A DNA stretch of 64,000 nt, taken from positions 608,001 to 672,000 of the forward strand of contig CBDCUI010000007.1 in the NCBI GenBank assembly GCA_965222615.1, given 5' to 3'. Shown one piece after another: positions 1 to 11,372 of this stretch. The translations under genes were made by a program, and so were the position numbers. The notes beneath the pieces are model-generated. The model did no database searches. It was not told the origin of the DNA and saw nothing but the letters and a program-made list of their open reading frames with translations. This DNA is from Gammaproteobacteria bacterium. Lineage in GTDB: Bacteria > Pseudomonadota > Gammaproteobacteria > UBA4575. Each line of letters begins with the position of its first letter. The stretch's first letter is position 1.

Positions 1-9
1 AACTTTAAA

Positions 10-37
10 AAGCACCGAACTACTTTGTTCGGTGCTT
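10..37 (-). terminator. Intrinsic terminator downstream of oxyR
   Basis: AAGCACCGAAC-TACTTT-GTTCGGTGCTT 11-bp stem; T-run follows on the minus strand. Confidence 0.8.
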
Positions 38-66
38 GCTGTAGATATATCAATGATATAAAAGAT

Positions 67-963
67 TTATACAATACAGTCACGAATTGCGTCAGCCAAT
101 AATTTAAATTCGTGTTTCCTAACACTAGATTTTCGCCACGCCAATCCAATTTCGCGATAAGACTTGTCTTTCAAATCTTTGGTTTGTACACGTGTGTTTT
201 TTAACAGTCCACTATCAATGGCCATTTGTGGAACAAAAGTTATACCTAAATCATTATCCACCATTTGGATTAAACTGTACAAACCACTAGCAGAAAACTT
301 ACTTAATTTATCCTTACGGCTTATGCTGCATGCACTTAAGGCATGCTTACGTAAACAATGCCCATCTTCTAAAAGCAGGATAGATTCTTTATCTAGCTTA
401 GTCGGAGAAAAATTTTCAGGATCAATTAGCTTAGTCCCCTTTTTATATGCAAGTTTAAACGGATCATTAAATATAGAAATGGTTTCCGTATTAACAAGTT
501 CAAAAGGTAATGCCAATAATAAAATATCTAACTCGCCCTCAAGCAATAGTTGATGAATTTTCTTTGTCTGCTCTTCTTTTAGATACAGCTCCAGTTTTGG
601 GAACCGCTTGCGAATCTTGGGTAAAACCTTCGGTAACAAGAACGGGGCAATGGTTGGAATAATTCCCATTTTTAATATACCGCTTAGTGGTTCTTGTGAG
701 ACTTTGGCAATATCGACAATGCCTTCTAAATCAAATATAGCTAAGCGGGCCTGTTGTGCGACTAATTTACCTGTAGTTGTAAACACTACACTACGATTAG
801 TGCGATCGACCAGGGAAGTATTGAGTAGAGACTCAAGCTCCTTAATGGCAACACTGAATGCTGATTGTGTAACAAAACATGCCTCTGCTGCCTTGCCAAA
901 ATGCAGGTGTTTCTCTAAGGCGATTAAATATCTAAGCTGCTTTACCGTAGGCAGATTAATCAT
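67..963 (-). CDS. oxyR: LysR-family hydrogen peroxide sensor OxyR
   Basis: LysR HTH (HFGKAAEACFVTQS) and LLEDGHCLRKHALSAC with both redox cysteines. Confidence 0.9.
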   Translation of the reverse strand: MINLPTVKQLRYLIALEKHLHFGKAAEACFVTQSAFSVAIKELESLLNTSLVDRTNRSVVFTTTGKLVAQQARLAIFDLEGIVDIAKVSQEPLSGILKMGIIPTIAPFLLPKVLPKIRKRFPKLELYLKEEQTKKIHQLLLEGELDILLLALPFELVNTETISIFNDPFKLAYKKGTKLIDPENFSPTKLDKESILLLEDGHCLRKHALSACSISRKDKLSKFSASGLYSLIQMVDNDLGITFVPQMAIDSGLLKNTRVQTKDLKDKSYREIGLAWRKSSVRKHEFKLLADAIRDCIV

Positions 964-970
964 CTAAAAA

Positions 971-1007
971 ATCGATCACTATAATGATTTTAATGAAATT
1001 TACTTAT
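971..1007. promoter_or_regulatory. Putative OxyR operator between oxyR and a divergent transcript
   Basis: ATCG-N7-TAAT-N7-ATGA-N7-TTAT, loosely fitting ATAG-N7-CTAT-N7-ATAG-N7-CTAT, 7 bp from the oxyR start. Confidence 0.5.
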
Positions 1008-1032
1008 AGCAGAAATCACCTATCATGACCAT

Positions 1033-1110
1033 ATAGATTGAGTTTTTCATTGCCCCGATACTTTTCGAAGATACTCCTCCCCTCAAACTCCCTTCGGGGC
1101 AATGTTTTTT
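1033..1110 (+). ncRNA. Candidate small RNA divergent from oxyR
   Basis: TATCAT -10 at 1021-1026; 11-bp stem CATTGCCCCGA/TCGGGGCAATG (1048-1058/1094-1104) with C-rich loop; T6 follows on the + strand only, where there is no ORF; 5' end inferred. Confidence 0.5.
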
Positions 1111-1124
1111 AAACCGCTTTATTT

Positions 1125-1721
1125 TTAATGAATGATATCTAAAAACTCCAAAATCTCTTCGGCTGTGGCGCGCCCATGATGATCATCACTGACTTTTGCA
1201 TATTGAATATAACCCTTATGGTCAATGACAAATGCTGCAGGGTAAGCGGTCTCGTCTGGTGCTTTCCATCTAAGTCCTAGTTGGTTGGTGATTTTATAAT
1301 CCGAGTCGATTACGAAAATGAAGTTAGCGGGTAAATCCTGTTTTTCTTCAAGAGGTACAGTAAATTCTTTGGCTTTTTTATCTAAATTCTTAACTTCACC
1401 TGGGTAAATAAAAATCACAGGTGTATTTTTTTGTTTTTCAAACTCTTCTGCCTTAGCAATATAACCCGCCACTTGTGTAGAACAAACCGGGCATTGATAA
1501 CCAGGAAACCCACGCAACATGATTAAAACTACACTACCTTTTTCTATATGCTTGGAAAGTTGAAAGGGTGCGCCATTCATTGTAATTCCAGAGAAGTCCT
1601 CAATAACTGCCCCTTCTTTAGGTCCTTTTGCAATTTTTTCTGCTGAAGCCGAAGTGCAAAAAAGTGCTAGTAGAAAAATAAATGAAAGAATATATGTTGT
1701 CGTTTTCATGACTGTGCCCAA
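1125..1721 (-). CDS. Exported redoxin / AhpC-TSA (thioredoxin-fold) family protein
   Basis: Signal-peptide-like N-terminus, RGFPGYQCPVC motif, AYPAAFVID; true start may be MKTTT at 1709. Confidence 0.75.
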   Translation of the reverse strand: MGTVMKTTTYILSFIFLLALFCTSASAEKIAKGPKEGAVIEDFSGITMNGAPFQLSKHIEKGSVVLIMLRGFPGYQCPVCSTQVAGYIAKAEEFEKQKNTPVIFIYPGEVKNLDKKAKEFTVPLEEKQDLPANFIFVIDSDYKITNQLGLRWKAPDETAYPAAFVIDHKGYIQYAKVSDDHHGRATAEEILEFLDIIH

Positions 1722-1761
1722 TATAGAATTTGAATATTAGAAGTAAAAAACACGGTGAAGT

Positions 1762-2145
1762 TCAGTCATTATTAGTCATTCTTATTTGATCGATATTTTC
1801 TTCCCAATTTTTACCGTCAAACTTCTGAATAGTAATAGATTTAATTTGAGACTCATCTAAACAACGAACATTTACACTATAGCCATCCGGATGTGATCTT
1901 GGTACATAAAACGATTTAATACCACAAGTTTTACAAAATAAATGTTTGGCTTCATGGGTATCAAAGGTGTAGGTTTCAAGATTTTCCTTGCCCGATAATA
2001 GTTTAAATTTATCTTTAGAAACGATTAAATGTAAATAACCCGATTTAGTACAGATTGAACAATTACACTCAATTACTTGAAGATCAGCAGGTGTCTCTAC
2101 TTCATAGGTAACTTTTCCACAATGGCAACTACCTTTATATTTCAT
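1762..2145 (-). CDS. GFA/CENP-V family zinc-binding protein
   Basis: GSCHCG, CNCSIC and FCKTCG motifs. Confidence 0.9.
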   Translation of the reverse strand: MKYKGSCHCGKVTYEVETPADLQVIECNCSICTKSGYLHLIVSKDKFKLLSGKENLETYTFDTHEAKHLFCKTCGIKSFYVPRSHPDGYSVNVRCLDESQIKSITIQKFDGKNWEENIDQIRMTNND

Positions 2146-2157
2146 AATGGTTTATTT

Positions 2158-2742
2158 TTATGCGGTAGTCATTTTCTTCAGGGTTCGATCTTTTTTAACC
2201 AAATGATGATATAAAGCAGCCAATATATGCCCAAATATTAGCACTAATACCAACAACTCTCCGCCTAATTCTTTATGAATGTAATCAATTGGCTTTTCAA
2301 ATTCTTTAAAGGTCATATTTAAACCATTTGCAACCAGCGTAGTGAAGGCTTGAGTATCTTCAAATTTTATAATATCAAATAGAAAAAAATATTCCGTATT
2401 CACGCCGGTGCCGATATAGCCCGTTAAAGGCATGAGAATCATCATTGCATATAAGGCATAGTGACCAAGCTTTGCGGCCATGTGTGCGAATGCACTACCC
2501 AGTTCTGGATCCGGCACACGATTTAACAAGCGCCAAATAATTCTTAAGGATACTAAAACCGCTATTGTAATCCCCACTGAGAGATGTAGTTGCAGTGCAG
2601 TCCAATTTTCAGAGGTTTCTTCTTCAGTGAACCAGTGGCGATATTTTACCGCCGCATAAGAACAGAGAAACAAAAACGCTATTAACCAATGCAACCATTT
2701 TGCGATTGATCCATAGGCATGATTGGTGTTCTTAATTGACAC
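2158..2742 (-). CDS. Cytochrome b561 (CybB/YceJ-like di-heme membrane protein)
   Basis: YG..AKWLHW, LHLSVG and GHILAALYHH heme-ligand motifs; four TM helices. Confidence 0.85.
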   Translation of the reverse strand: MSIKNTNHAYGSIAKWLHWLIAFLFLCSYAAVKYRHWFTEEETSENWTALQLHLSVGITIAVLVSLRIIWRLLNRVPDPELGSAFAHMAAKLGHYALYAMMILMPLTGYIGTGVNTEYFFLFDIIKFEDTQAFTTLVANGLNMTFKEFEKPIDYIHKELGGELLVLVLIFGHILAALYHHLVKKDRTLKKMTTA

Positions 2743-2829
2743 AGTGGTTATTGCAAATTATCAAAAACAAAATTATTAAACTGAACCACTAAAAAATTAT
2801 ACTTTTTATCTTTTTATTATAAGCTCTTA

Positions 2830-4659
2830 TCATTCAACGGTAACTGACTTTGCCAGATTGCGTGGTTGGTCCACATCTGTCCCTTTTAAAATAGCAACAT
2901 GGTAAGCAAGAAGTTGTAATGGCACAGTAAATATAATCGGTGCTACCGCATTTTCAGGAGCATCCACTTCAATAACGATGGTATCGGGTTCTGAAATAAA
3001 GCCAGAGCTGGCGTCGGCAAACACATGCAACACACCTCCGCGTGCACGCACTTCTTCTAAGTTGGATTTTAATTTTTCCAACAATTCATCATTAGGCGCT
3101 ACTGCAATGACAGGAATTTTATCGTCTACCAAGGCAATAGGCCCATGTTTGAGTTCACCAGCAGGGTAAGCTTCGGCATGAATATATGAGATTTCTTTTA
3201 ATTTTAATGCCCCTTCCATGGCAACGGGGTGGTGAATACCTCGACCTAAAAACAAGGCATGCTGTTTATCGCCGTAGTGTTTTGCTAACTTTTTAATCTT
3301 CGCATCCAGCATTAAGACCTCATTGATTCGCGCCGGTAGATTGACGAGCTGTTCCACTATTATTTTTTCCAATTCGTTATGCATGCCGTGGCGACGACCT
3401 GCAGTGATCACCAACATTAACAATGCAACGAGTTGCGTGGTAAAAGCTTTAGTGGAGGCAACCCCGATTTCCGGTCCAGCATGGGTCATAAGTACAAGAT
3501 CCGATTCTCGAACTAAGGAACTTTCTGGAACATTACAAATTACCAATGAACCTATATAGGCTTCTTGTTGAGCTTGCTGTAACGCTGCCAAGGTGTCTGC
3601 GGTCTCACCCGATTGCGAAATGGTCACAAACAATGCACCGGGTTGCACCACATGTTTGCGATAACGAAACTCGCTAGCAACATCTACAAAGCAAGGAATT
3701 CCCGCTAATTCCTCAAACCAAAATTTGGCAATAAGTCCCGCATGAAAACTTGTGCCACAGGCAATAATTTGAATTACTTGAGTTTGATCTAATATTTGTT
3801 TGGCATTGGGACCAAGAATTTGTTCAGCAACATGTCCATTAAATAATCTGCCTTCCAGTGTATCTGCAATGGCCTGGGGTTGCTCATAGATCTCCTTGAG
3901 CATGTAGTGGGGATAACCGCCTTTTTCGGCTGCGTCAGCTGATAATTTGCTGGTTTTCGTTGCGCGCTCTACCACAGCACCAGTTTGGTCAACTATTTTA
4001 ATGCTATCGCGAGTAATTTCAGCGATATCACCATTATCTAAAAATATAAACTCTTGGGTTTCTTTCAACAAAGCCTGCACATCGGATGCGATAAAGTTTT
4101 CTTTTTTACCAATACCAATTACCAGCGGACTTCCATGCCTTGCTGCAATTAATGTATGTGGATCGTCTTTATCAATGACACCCAATGCATACGCACCTTT
4201 TAGGTCTTTTAGCGTTTTATTTACTGCCTCAAATAGAGAGTTCCCTTGATCGAGGTGAAATACAATTTGATGTGCAATGACTTCTGAATCAGTATCGGAA
4301 GTAAATTTAAATCCATGTTTAGTTTGCTGTGCCTTGAGTTCTTCAAAGTTTTCGATAATGCCATTATGTACGATGGCAACACGACCATTACAAATATGTG
4401 GATGAGCATTGTTATCAGCTGGAATGCCATGCGTTGCCCAACGCGTATGTGCGATGCCTAGCTCTCCTGTAAGAGCAGATTCATCTAAGGCTTTGCTTAA
4501 TTCATTTACCTTACCGGTTTTACGAATCCTTTCTAGTTCGCCATTAGCAAGTACTGCCATACCTGCAGAATCATAACCACGGTATTCTAAACGTCGCAGG
4601 CCTTCTAATAATACCGGCGATATATCTCTGTTTGCTATGGCACCTACAATTCCACACAT
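2830..4659 (-). CDS. glmS: Glutamine--fructose-6-phosphate aminotransferase
   Basis: MCGIVG N-terminus, LEYRGYDSAG, C-terminal PRNLAKSVTVE. Confidence 0.99.
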   Translation of the reverse strand: MCGIVGAIANRDISPVLLEGLRRLEYRGYDSAGMAVLANGELERIRKTGKVNELSKALDESALTGELGIAHTRWATHGIPADNNAHPHICNGRVAIVHNGIIENFEELKAQQTKHGFKFTSDTDSEVIAHQIVFHLDQGNSLFEAVNKTLKDLKGAYALGVIDKDDPHTLIAARHGSPLVIGIGKKENFIASDVQALLKETQEFIFLDNGDIAEITRDSIKIVDQTGAVVERATKTSKLSADAAEKGGYPHYMLKEIYEQPQAIADTLEGRLFNGHVAEQILGPNAKQILDQTQVIQIIACGTSFHAGLIAKFWFEELAGIPCFVDVASEFRYRKHVVQPGALFVTISQSGETADTLAALQQAQQEAYIGSLVICNVPESSLVRESDLVLMTHAGPEIGVASTKAFTTQLVALLMLVITAGRRHGMHNELEKIIVEQLVNLPARINEVLMLDAKIKKLAKHYGDKQHALFLGRGIHHPVAMEGALKLKEISYIHAEAYPAGELKHGPIALVDDKIPVIAVAPNDELLEKLKSNLEEVRARGGVLHVFADASSGFISEPDTIVIEVDAPENAVAPIIFTVPLQLLAYHVAILKGTDVDQPRNLAKSVTVE

Positions 4660-4682
4660 GATATTTTCTTTTCTTTATTTAA

Positions 4683-6044
4683 TTACTCTTTTTTGGGGCG
4701 TTGCCAGTTGTCTACGGTAGTTTGTTTATTCCGCGCAAGAGTCAATTTATTTTCCGGAGCATCTTTGGTAATCGTTGAACCAGCGCCAATCGTGGCTCCA
4801 TCACCTATTTTTACTGGAGCTACAAATTGTGTATCTGATCCAACAAAAACATTATCACCAATTGAGGTGCGGTGTTTGTTAGCTCCATCATAATTACAGG
4901 TGATTGTCCCTGCCCCAATATTAACGTCCTTACCTAAATCGCTATCTCCAATATAACTCAGGTGATTAATTTTACTGCCAGTCTTTACATTCGATTTTTT
5001 AATTTCCACAAAGTTGCCTACTTTCACATTCTCATCTAAGAGTGTTTCAGGACGGATGCGCGCAAATGGACCGATTTCACAGTTTTCTCCTACTACAGTA
5101 TTTTCGATATGGCAATTCGGATAGATACATGTTCCCGATTTAATTTCGGAATTAATCACTACTGCATTGGCACCAATTTTGACTCGATCACCAAGTCGAT
5201 TACTTCCTATAAAGACGGTATTGATATCAATCTCGACATCTTTACCTACCTCTAGTTGACCTCTTACATCGATACGTAATGGATCAATTAACGTTACACC
5301 TTTTGTCATCAACTGTTCTGCATTGCGTTGTTGAAATAGTCGTTCTACGTATGCAAGTTGCTGTTTATCATTGATCCCTAATACTTCATTAGAATTATCA
5401 CAAATAATTGCCTCAACTTTATTTTTGTCACTTACTGCTAATTCAATACAATCTGTTAGATAATATTCTTGTTGTACATTGTTGTTATCAATTTTACTTA
5501 GCCACTTTTTTAAATTTGCACAACGCGTTGTAAGAATGCCGGTGTTTATTTCATTTATCGCCAGTGTGTTTGGATCTGCATCTTTTTGTTCAATAATGCG
5601 TTGAACTTTATTTTGTGTATCTCTAACTATTCGCCCATAGCCCGTGGGATTATTTAAATTGGCGGACAACAGCACTAAATCTTGGGTCGTAAGTGTTTGT
5701 AGAAGTTCTGCTAAGGTATCGGCTGTGAGTAATGGCACATCTCCGTACAAAATTAATACATCTTGTTCCCCCTCTATATTGGGAATTGCTTGTTGTACGG
5801 CATGGCCCGTACCCAGCTGTTCGTTTTGCAGACACCAATCAATTGCATTATTGTTGATTGCTTGTTTAACTTGCTCAGCACCATGACCGATCACTACATG
5901 AATCTTTTGTGGCGATAAACTTGTGGCGCAATCGATTACATACGCCAACATAGGTTTTCCAGCTACAGGATGCAGCACTTTTGGTAAGTCACTATGCATG
6001 CGCGTGCCCTGTCCGGCCGCAAGAATAATAATTTCTAGTCCCAT
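4683..6044 (-). CDS. glmU: Bifunctional UDP-GlcNAc pyrophosphorylase/acetyltransferase
   Basis: ILAAGQGTRM, hexapeptide repeats, GAGTITCNYDG. Confidence 0.99.
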   Translation of the reverse strand: MGLEIIILAAGQGTRMHSDLPKVLHPVAGKPMLAYVIDCATSLSPQKIHVVIGHGAEQVKQAINNNAIDWCLQNEQLGTGHAVQQAIPNIEGEQDVLILYGDVPLLTADTLAELLQTLTTQDLVLLSANLNNPTGYGRIVRDTQNKVQRIIEQKDADPNTLAINEINTGILTTRCANLKKWLSKIDNNNVQQEYYLTDCIELAVSDKNKVEAIICDNSNEVLGINDKQQLAYVERLFQQRNAEQLMTKGVTLIDPLRIDVRGQLEVGKDVEIDINTVFIGSNRLGDRVKIGANAVVINSEIKSGTCIYPNCHIENTVVGENCEIGPFARIRPETLLDENVKVGNFVEIKKSNVKTGSKINHLSYIGDSDLGKDVNIGAGTITCNYDGANKHRTSIGDNVFVGSDTQFVAPVKIGDGATIGAGSTITKDAPENKLTLARNKQTTVDNWQRPKKE

Positions 6045-6207
6045 CGGATGTATTACTAGTTCACGAATTATTTAGGTGATTAAAATATAAAAGAGTAACT
6101 ATTTAGTACTAAATCATTGTGTACCAACTCGCAGGATCACGGTAGTTTTTTATGCCGGTAAGGCCACTAAGTGGCCATTGTAAAGGGACCAGGAGGGAAA
6201 AATGAGA

Positions 6208-6630
6208 CTACTTACGTGTCTTGCGCATTCTTTCTATCATGCGTAGTTGCTCGGCGGCCCTGACTAATTCGGCCTGTGCCTTAGCAGCATCGAAATCACC
6301 CTTTTGGTCTTTCAACGCATCTTCTGCACGTTGCTTGGCCTCCAATGCCTTGGCTTCATCGAGATCCTCAGCACGAATGGCGGTATCAGATAATACGGTT
6401 ACCACATGTGGCTGTACTTCCAAGATGCCACCGGAGACATAGAGATATTGGTCTTCTTGGCCTTCGATTTCGATCTTTAATTCGCCAGGACGCAGTGCGG
6501 TAACTAAAGGCGTGTGACGTGGATATATACCAACATCCCCCATTTGTGCGGGAGCAAACACTGCGGAGATAGTGCCCGAGAAAAGTTCTTTCTCGGCACT
6601 TACCACATCTAAATGCATGGTCATTGCCAT
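6208..6630 (-). CDS. atpC: ATP synthase F1 epsilon subunit
   Basis: [19 protein letters not shown]; operon position. Confidence 0.98.
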   Translation of the reverse strand: MAMTMHLDVVSAEKELFSGTISAVFAPAQMGDVGIYPRHTPLVTALRPGELKIEIEGQEDQYLYVSGGILEVQPHVVTVLSDTAIRAEDLDEAKALEAKQRAEDALKDQKGDFDAAKAQAELVRAAEQLRMIERMRKTRK

Positions 6631-6636
6631 AGTGCT

Positions 6637-8025
<1,389 letters not shown>

Positions 8026-8078
8026 TTACAAAATAAATAACAAACTTTAAAAACTCTTACATCAATTCAAATACGAGT

Positions 8079-8197
8079 GTGGTACATGGATGTACCACCA
8101 TTTTATGATTATCTTGGTAATCATAAAATGAGAGAAAAAAGAAAATCGCATTTTCTTTTTTCGTGCTCTGAGAAATCAAGGATGATTTATTCAGAGC
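8079..8197. repeat. Cassette of four adjacent hairpins between atpG and atpD
   Basis: Stems at 8079-8098 (loop TGGA), 8099-8130 (13 bp), 8134-8162 (13 bp) and 8165-8197 (loop AGGA). Confidence 0.8.
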
Positions 8198-8205
8198 CAT
8201 AAAAA

Positions 8206-9069
8206 TTATACCGCGGCGGCGCCGCCTACAATTTCTGAGATCTCCTGGGTAATCGCTGCCTGACGCGCCTTGTTATAAGCCAGCTGTAATTCTGAAATCA
8301 GCTCGCCGGCGTTATCGGAAGCACTTTTCATAGCGATCATTCTTGCTGCCATCTCACAAGCCACATTTTCAACAACACTTTGATAGACGATGGATTCTGC
8401 ATAACGGGTTAATAAACCATCTAATACGGTTTTAGCGTCTGGCTCATAGATATAATCCCAATGATGCTTGAGTTCCTCATTGTCTTCCGGCTCTAATGGC
8501 AACAAAGTAGAAACTTTTGGTTTCTGTGTCATGGTATTAACAAACTCATTCTCAACCAAAAACAAACGATCGATATTGCCATCGATATAGGCATCTAACA
8601 TGGTTTTAACTGTACCGATTAATTCACTTAAATGAATTTCATCACCTAAATGTGAGACCTGAGAAACAATATTTCCGGTGAATTTTTTAAAAAACTGTGT
8701 GCCCTTGGCACCGATTAGACATAAATCGATTTCAACATTCTTTTCTTGCCAGGATTGCATATCTTTTAAAGCAGTTTTAAAAGCATTTATATTCAAACCA
8801 CCACATAAGCCCCTATCCGTAGAGACGATGATATACCCGACTCGCTTCACATCAGGATGTTCAATCAAGAACGGATGATTGTATTCGGCATGAGCATTGG
8901 CAAGGTGACCGATTACATTCAGCATTTTTTGTGAATAAGGCCGTGTAGCTTGCATACGATCCTGGGCTTTACGCATTTTACTTGCCGCCACCATTTCCAT
9001 GGCCTTAGTGATCTTTTGCGTGTTTTTAATACTCGCAATCTGTGTGCGTATTTCTTTTTCGTTTGCCAT
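8206..9069 (-). CDS. atpG: ATP synthase F1 gamma subunit
   Basis: [38 protein letters not shown]. Confidence 0.99.
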   Translation of the reverse strand: MANEKEIRTQIASIKNTQKITKAMEMVAASKMRKAQDRMQATRPYSQKMLNVIGHLANAHAEYNHPFLIEHPDVKRVGYIIVSTDRGLCGGLNINAFKTALKDMQSWQEKNVEIDLCLIGAKGTQFFKKFTGNIVSQVSHLGDEIHLSELIGTVKTMLDAYIDGNIDRLFLVENEFVNTMTQKPKVSTLLPLEPEDNEELKHHWDYIYEPDAKTVLDGLLTRYAESIVYQSVVENVACEMAARMIAMKSASDNAGELISELQLAYNKARQAAITQEISEIVGGAAAV

Positions 9070-9101
9070 TTTTAGTTTAGCTAAGCGAGCTCATCTGTGT
9101 G

Positions 9102-10643
9102 TTACCAAGTTCCTTTGGCTTTAAAATCTTCTACGGCCTTTTGCAACCCGGCCTCAATCTCATCATCGTAATCACCACTACTATTGATCGTATCAAGCAA
9201 GTCTCCATATTGAGAGCGCATAAAGTCGTGCATGGCTTTTTCAAAATCGACAACCTTGTTCACCTCAACATCATCAACATAGCCCTTATCTACCGCAAAT
9301 AAAGACACCGCCATTTCGGCAATCGTCAACGGCGAATACTGTAGCTGCTTCATGAATTCCATTACACGTTCACCACGCTCTAATTGCTTACGAGTTTGCT
9401 CATCAAGATCGGAAGCAAATTGTGAGAAAGCGGCAAGTTCACGATATTGTGCAAGTGCTAAACGCACGCCACCACCCAACTTTTTAATAATCTTGGTCTG
9501 CGCCGCACCACCTACACGTGATACGGATAAACCCGCATTAATCGCTGGACGAAAACCAGAGTTGAACAAATCACTCTCTAAAAAGATTTGTCCATCGGTG
9601 ATGGAAATAACATTGGTGGGCACAAAGGCCGATACGTCACCTGCTTGAGTTTCAATAATCGGTAACGCAGTCAATGAACCCGTTTTACCTTTGACTTCGC
9701 CATTGGTAAATTTTTCAACATAGTCTGCGTTAACTCGAGAAGCACGTTCTAATAAGCGTGAATGTAGATAAAACACATCGCCGGGATAGGCTTCACGACC
9801 CGGTGGACGTCGTAATAACAAAGATACTTGACGATATGCCCAAGCTTGCTTAGTTAAATCATCGTAGATGATTAAGGCATCTTCACCACGATCACGAAAA
9901 TATTCGCCCATCGCACAACCTGAGTATGGTGCAATGTATTGCATCGCTGCGGATTCTGAAGCACTTGCCGAAACGATAATGGTATGTTCCATGGCACTGT
10001 GTTCTTCCAACTTACGCACTACATTAGCAACTGAAGAATTCTTTTGGCCGATGGCAACATAAATACATTTAACTCCGGTACCTTTCTGATTAATGATGGT
10101 ATCTATTGCCAATGCAGTTTTACCTGTTTGACGATCACCGATAATTAGCTCACGTTGCCCGCGGCCGATTGGCACCATAGAGTCGATAGATTTTAAGCCA
10201 GTTTGTACCGGCTGACTTACGGATTGGCGTTCAATAACACCTGGTGCAATTTTTTCGATAGGGGATGAATGCGAACAACTGATAGGTCCCTTACCATCAA
10301 TCGGCTCACCAAGAGAGTTTACCACTCGCCCTAATATTTCAGGACCGACGGGTACTTCTAGAATGCGGCCGGTGCAAGAAACCTTGTCACCTTCTACTAT
10401 ATGTTTGTAATCGCCTAACACCACTGCGCCAACTGAATCACGTTCAAGGTTCAAGGCCATACCAAAGGTATTTTGTGGAAATTCCAACATTTCTCCAGCC
10501 ATTACATCGGCCAAGCCATGTATGCGTACAATGCCATCGGTTACACCGACTACCGTGCCTTCAGTACGCGCTTCTGCAACCGCATCAAAATTTTCGATGC
10601 GTTTTTTTATCAGTTCGCTAATTTCAGTTGGGTTTAATTGCAT
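9102..10643 (-). CDS. atpA: ATP synthase F1 alpha subunit
   Basis: [31 protein letters not shown]. Confidence 0.99.
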   Translation of the reverse strand: MQLNPTEISELIKKRIENFDAVAEARTEGTVVGVTDGIVRIHGLADVMAGEMLEFPQNTFGMALNLERDSVGAVVLGDYKHIVEGDKVSCTGRILEVPVGPEILGRVVNSLGEPIDGKGPISCSHSSPIEKIAPGVIERQSVSQPVQTGLKSIDSMVPIGRGQRELIIGDRQTGKTALAIDTIINQKGTGVKCIYVAIGQKNSSVANVVRKLEEHSAMEHTIIVSASASESAAMQYIAPYSGCAMGEYFRDRGEDALIIYDDLTKQAWAYRQVSLLLRRPPGREAYPGDVFYLHSRLLERASRVNADYVEKFTNGEVKGKTGSLTALPIIETQAGDVSAFVPTNVISITDGQIFLESDLFNSGFRPAINAGLSVSRVGGAAQTKIIKKLGGGVRLALAQYRELAAFSQFASDLDEQTRKQLERGERVMEFMKQLQYSPLTIAEMAVSLFAVDKGYVDDVEVNKVVDFEKAMHDFMRSQYGDLLDTINSSGDYDDEIEAGLQKAVEDFKAKGTW

Positions 10644-10677
10644 ATTTATTTCCTCTAATAACCCCGCGTTAAAATAA

Positions 10678-11214
10678 TTAATTAGTAAGGGCGGTAGAAA
10701 GCTTATTCAGCCGTCCGCGCACAGACCCATCAATCACCAAGTCGCCTGCTCGGATAATTGCCCCCCCGATAAGCGCCGGATCTATACGAGAACTAATACG
10801 TACTTCTTTGCCTAAACGTTGTTTCAGCGATGTCGCTATTTTGTTGAGTTGTGATTCTTGAATTTCATCTGCTGAAATAACTTCTGCATCAATCGTACCT
10901 TCTGCTTCTCCACGATAATGTTCGTATAGTGCTGCAATTTCAGGTAGCAATGTAATACGATCGTTTTCAGCTAGTAACTTAATAAAGTTTTTGCCACGTT
11001 GGTCTATTTGTTCTTCACAAACTGAAATGAAAAGATCCGCAGCTTGTTGTTGTGACAAAGTAGGGCTATCTAATACCGCACGCATGGTTGGGTCATGGGC
11101 CACTGTAGCCATAAAGGCCAACATATCAGTCCATTTCTGTTGCTCACTATGTGCATTTGCAATATCAAATGCCGCTCTTGCGTAAGGTCTTGCTGTGGTA
11201 GTAAGTTCTGACAT
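10678..11214 (-). CDS. atpH: ATP synthase delta subunit
   Basis: [26 protein letters not shown]. Confidence 0.98.
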   Translation of the reverse strand: MSELTTTARPYARAAFDIANAHSEQQKWTDMLAFMATVAHDPTMRAVLDSPTLSQQQAADLFISVCEEQIDQRGKNFIKLLAENDRITLLPEIAALYEHYRGEAEGTIDAEVISADEIQESQLNKIATSLKQRLGKEVRISSRIDPALIGGAIIRAGDLVIDGSVRGRLNKLSTALTN

Positions 11215-11232
11215 TTTTCCGTTGATGAACCT

Positions 11233-11347
11233 CTGATTTATTCTGATATGTCGTTAAAAGATTTCTCGCAATACTCTTGTATTAGCATATACACTCCGTT
11301 TGCTCGCCCTCTTTTGCCTAATATCAGACATTTCATTAATAAATCAG
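11233..11347. mobile_element. MITE-like palindromic element, copy 1 (atpF-atpH spacer)
   Basis: 10-bp terminal inverted repeat CTGATTTATT/AATAAATCAG; homologous to the reverse complement of 29823-29939. Confidence 0.7.
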
Positions 11348-11372
11348 CGTCTCCTTAATAAAAAAATAAAAA

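Noticed and set aside
2743-2870. attTn7 site at the glmS 3' end possibly occupied by a Tn7-like element
   Set aside because: No Tn7 end repeats or tns genes downstream; the site appears empty
6151-6180. GGCCACT-A-AGTGGCC hairpin after atpC as a terminator or sRNA
   Set aside because: Short stem with no U-tract on the coding strand; insufficient support
8079-8197. tRNA or hammerhead ribozyme
   Set aside because: No T-loop/D-loop consensus or CCA, and no CUGANGA core on either strand
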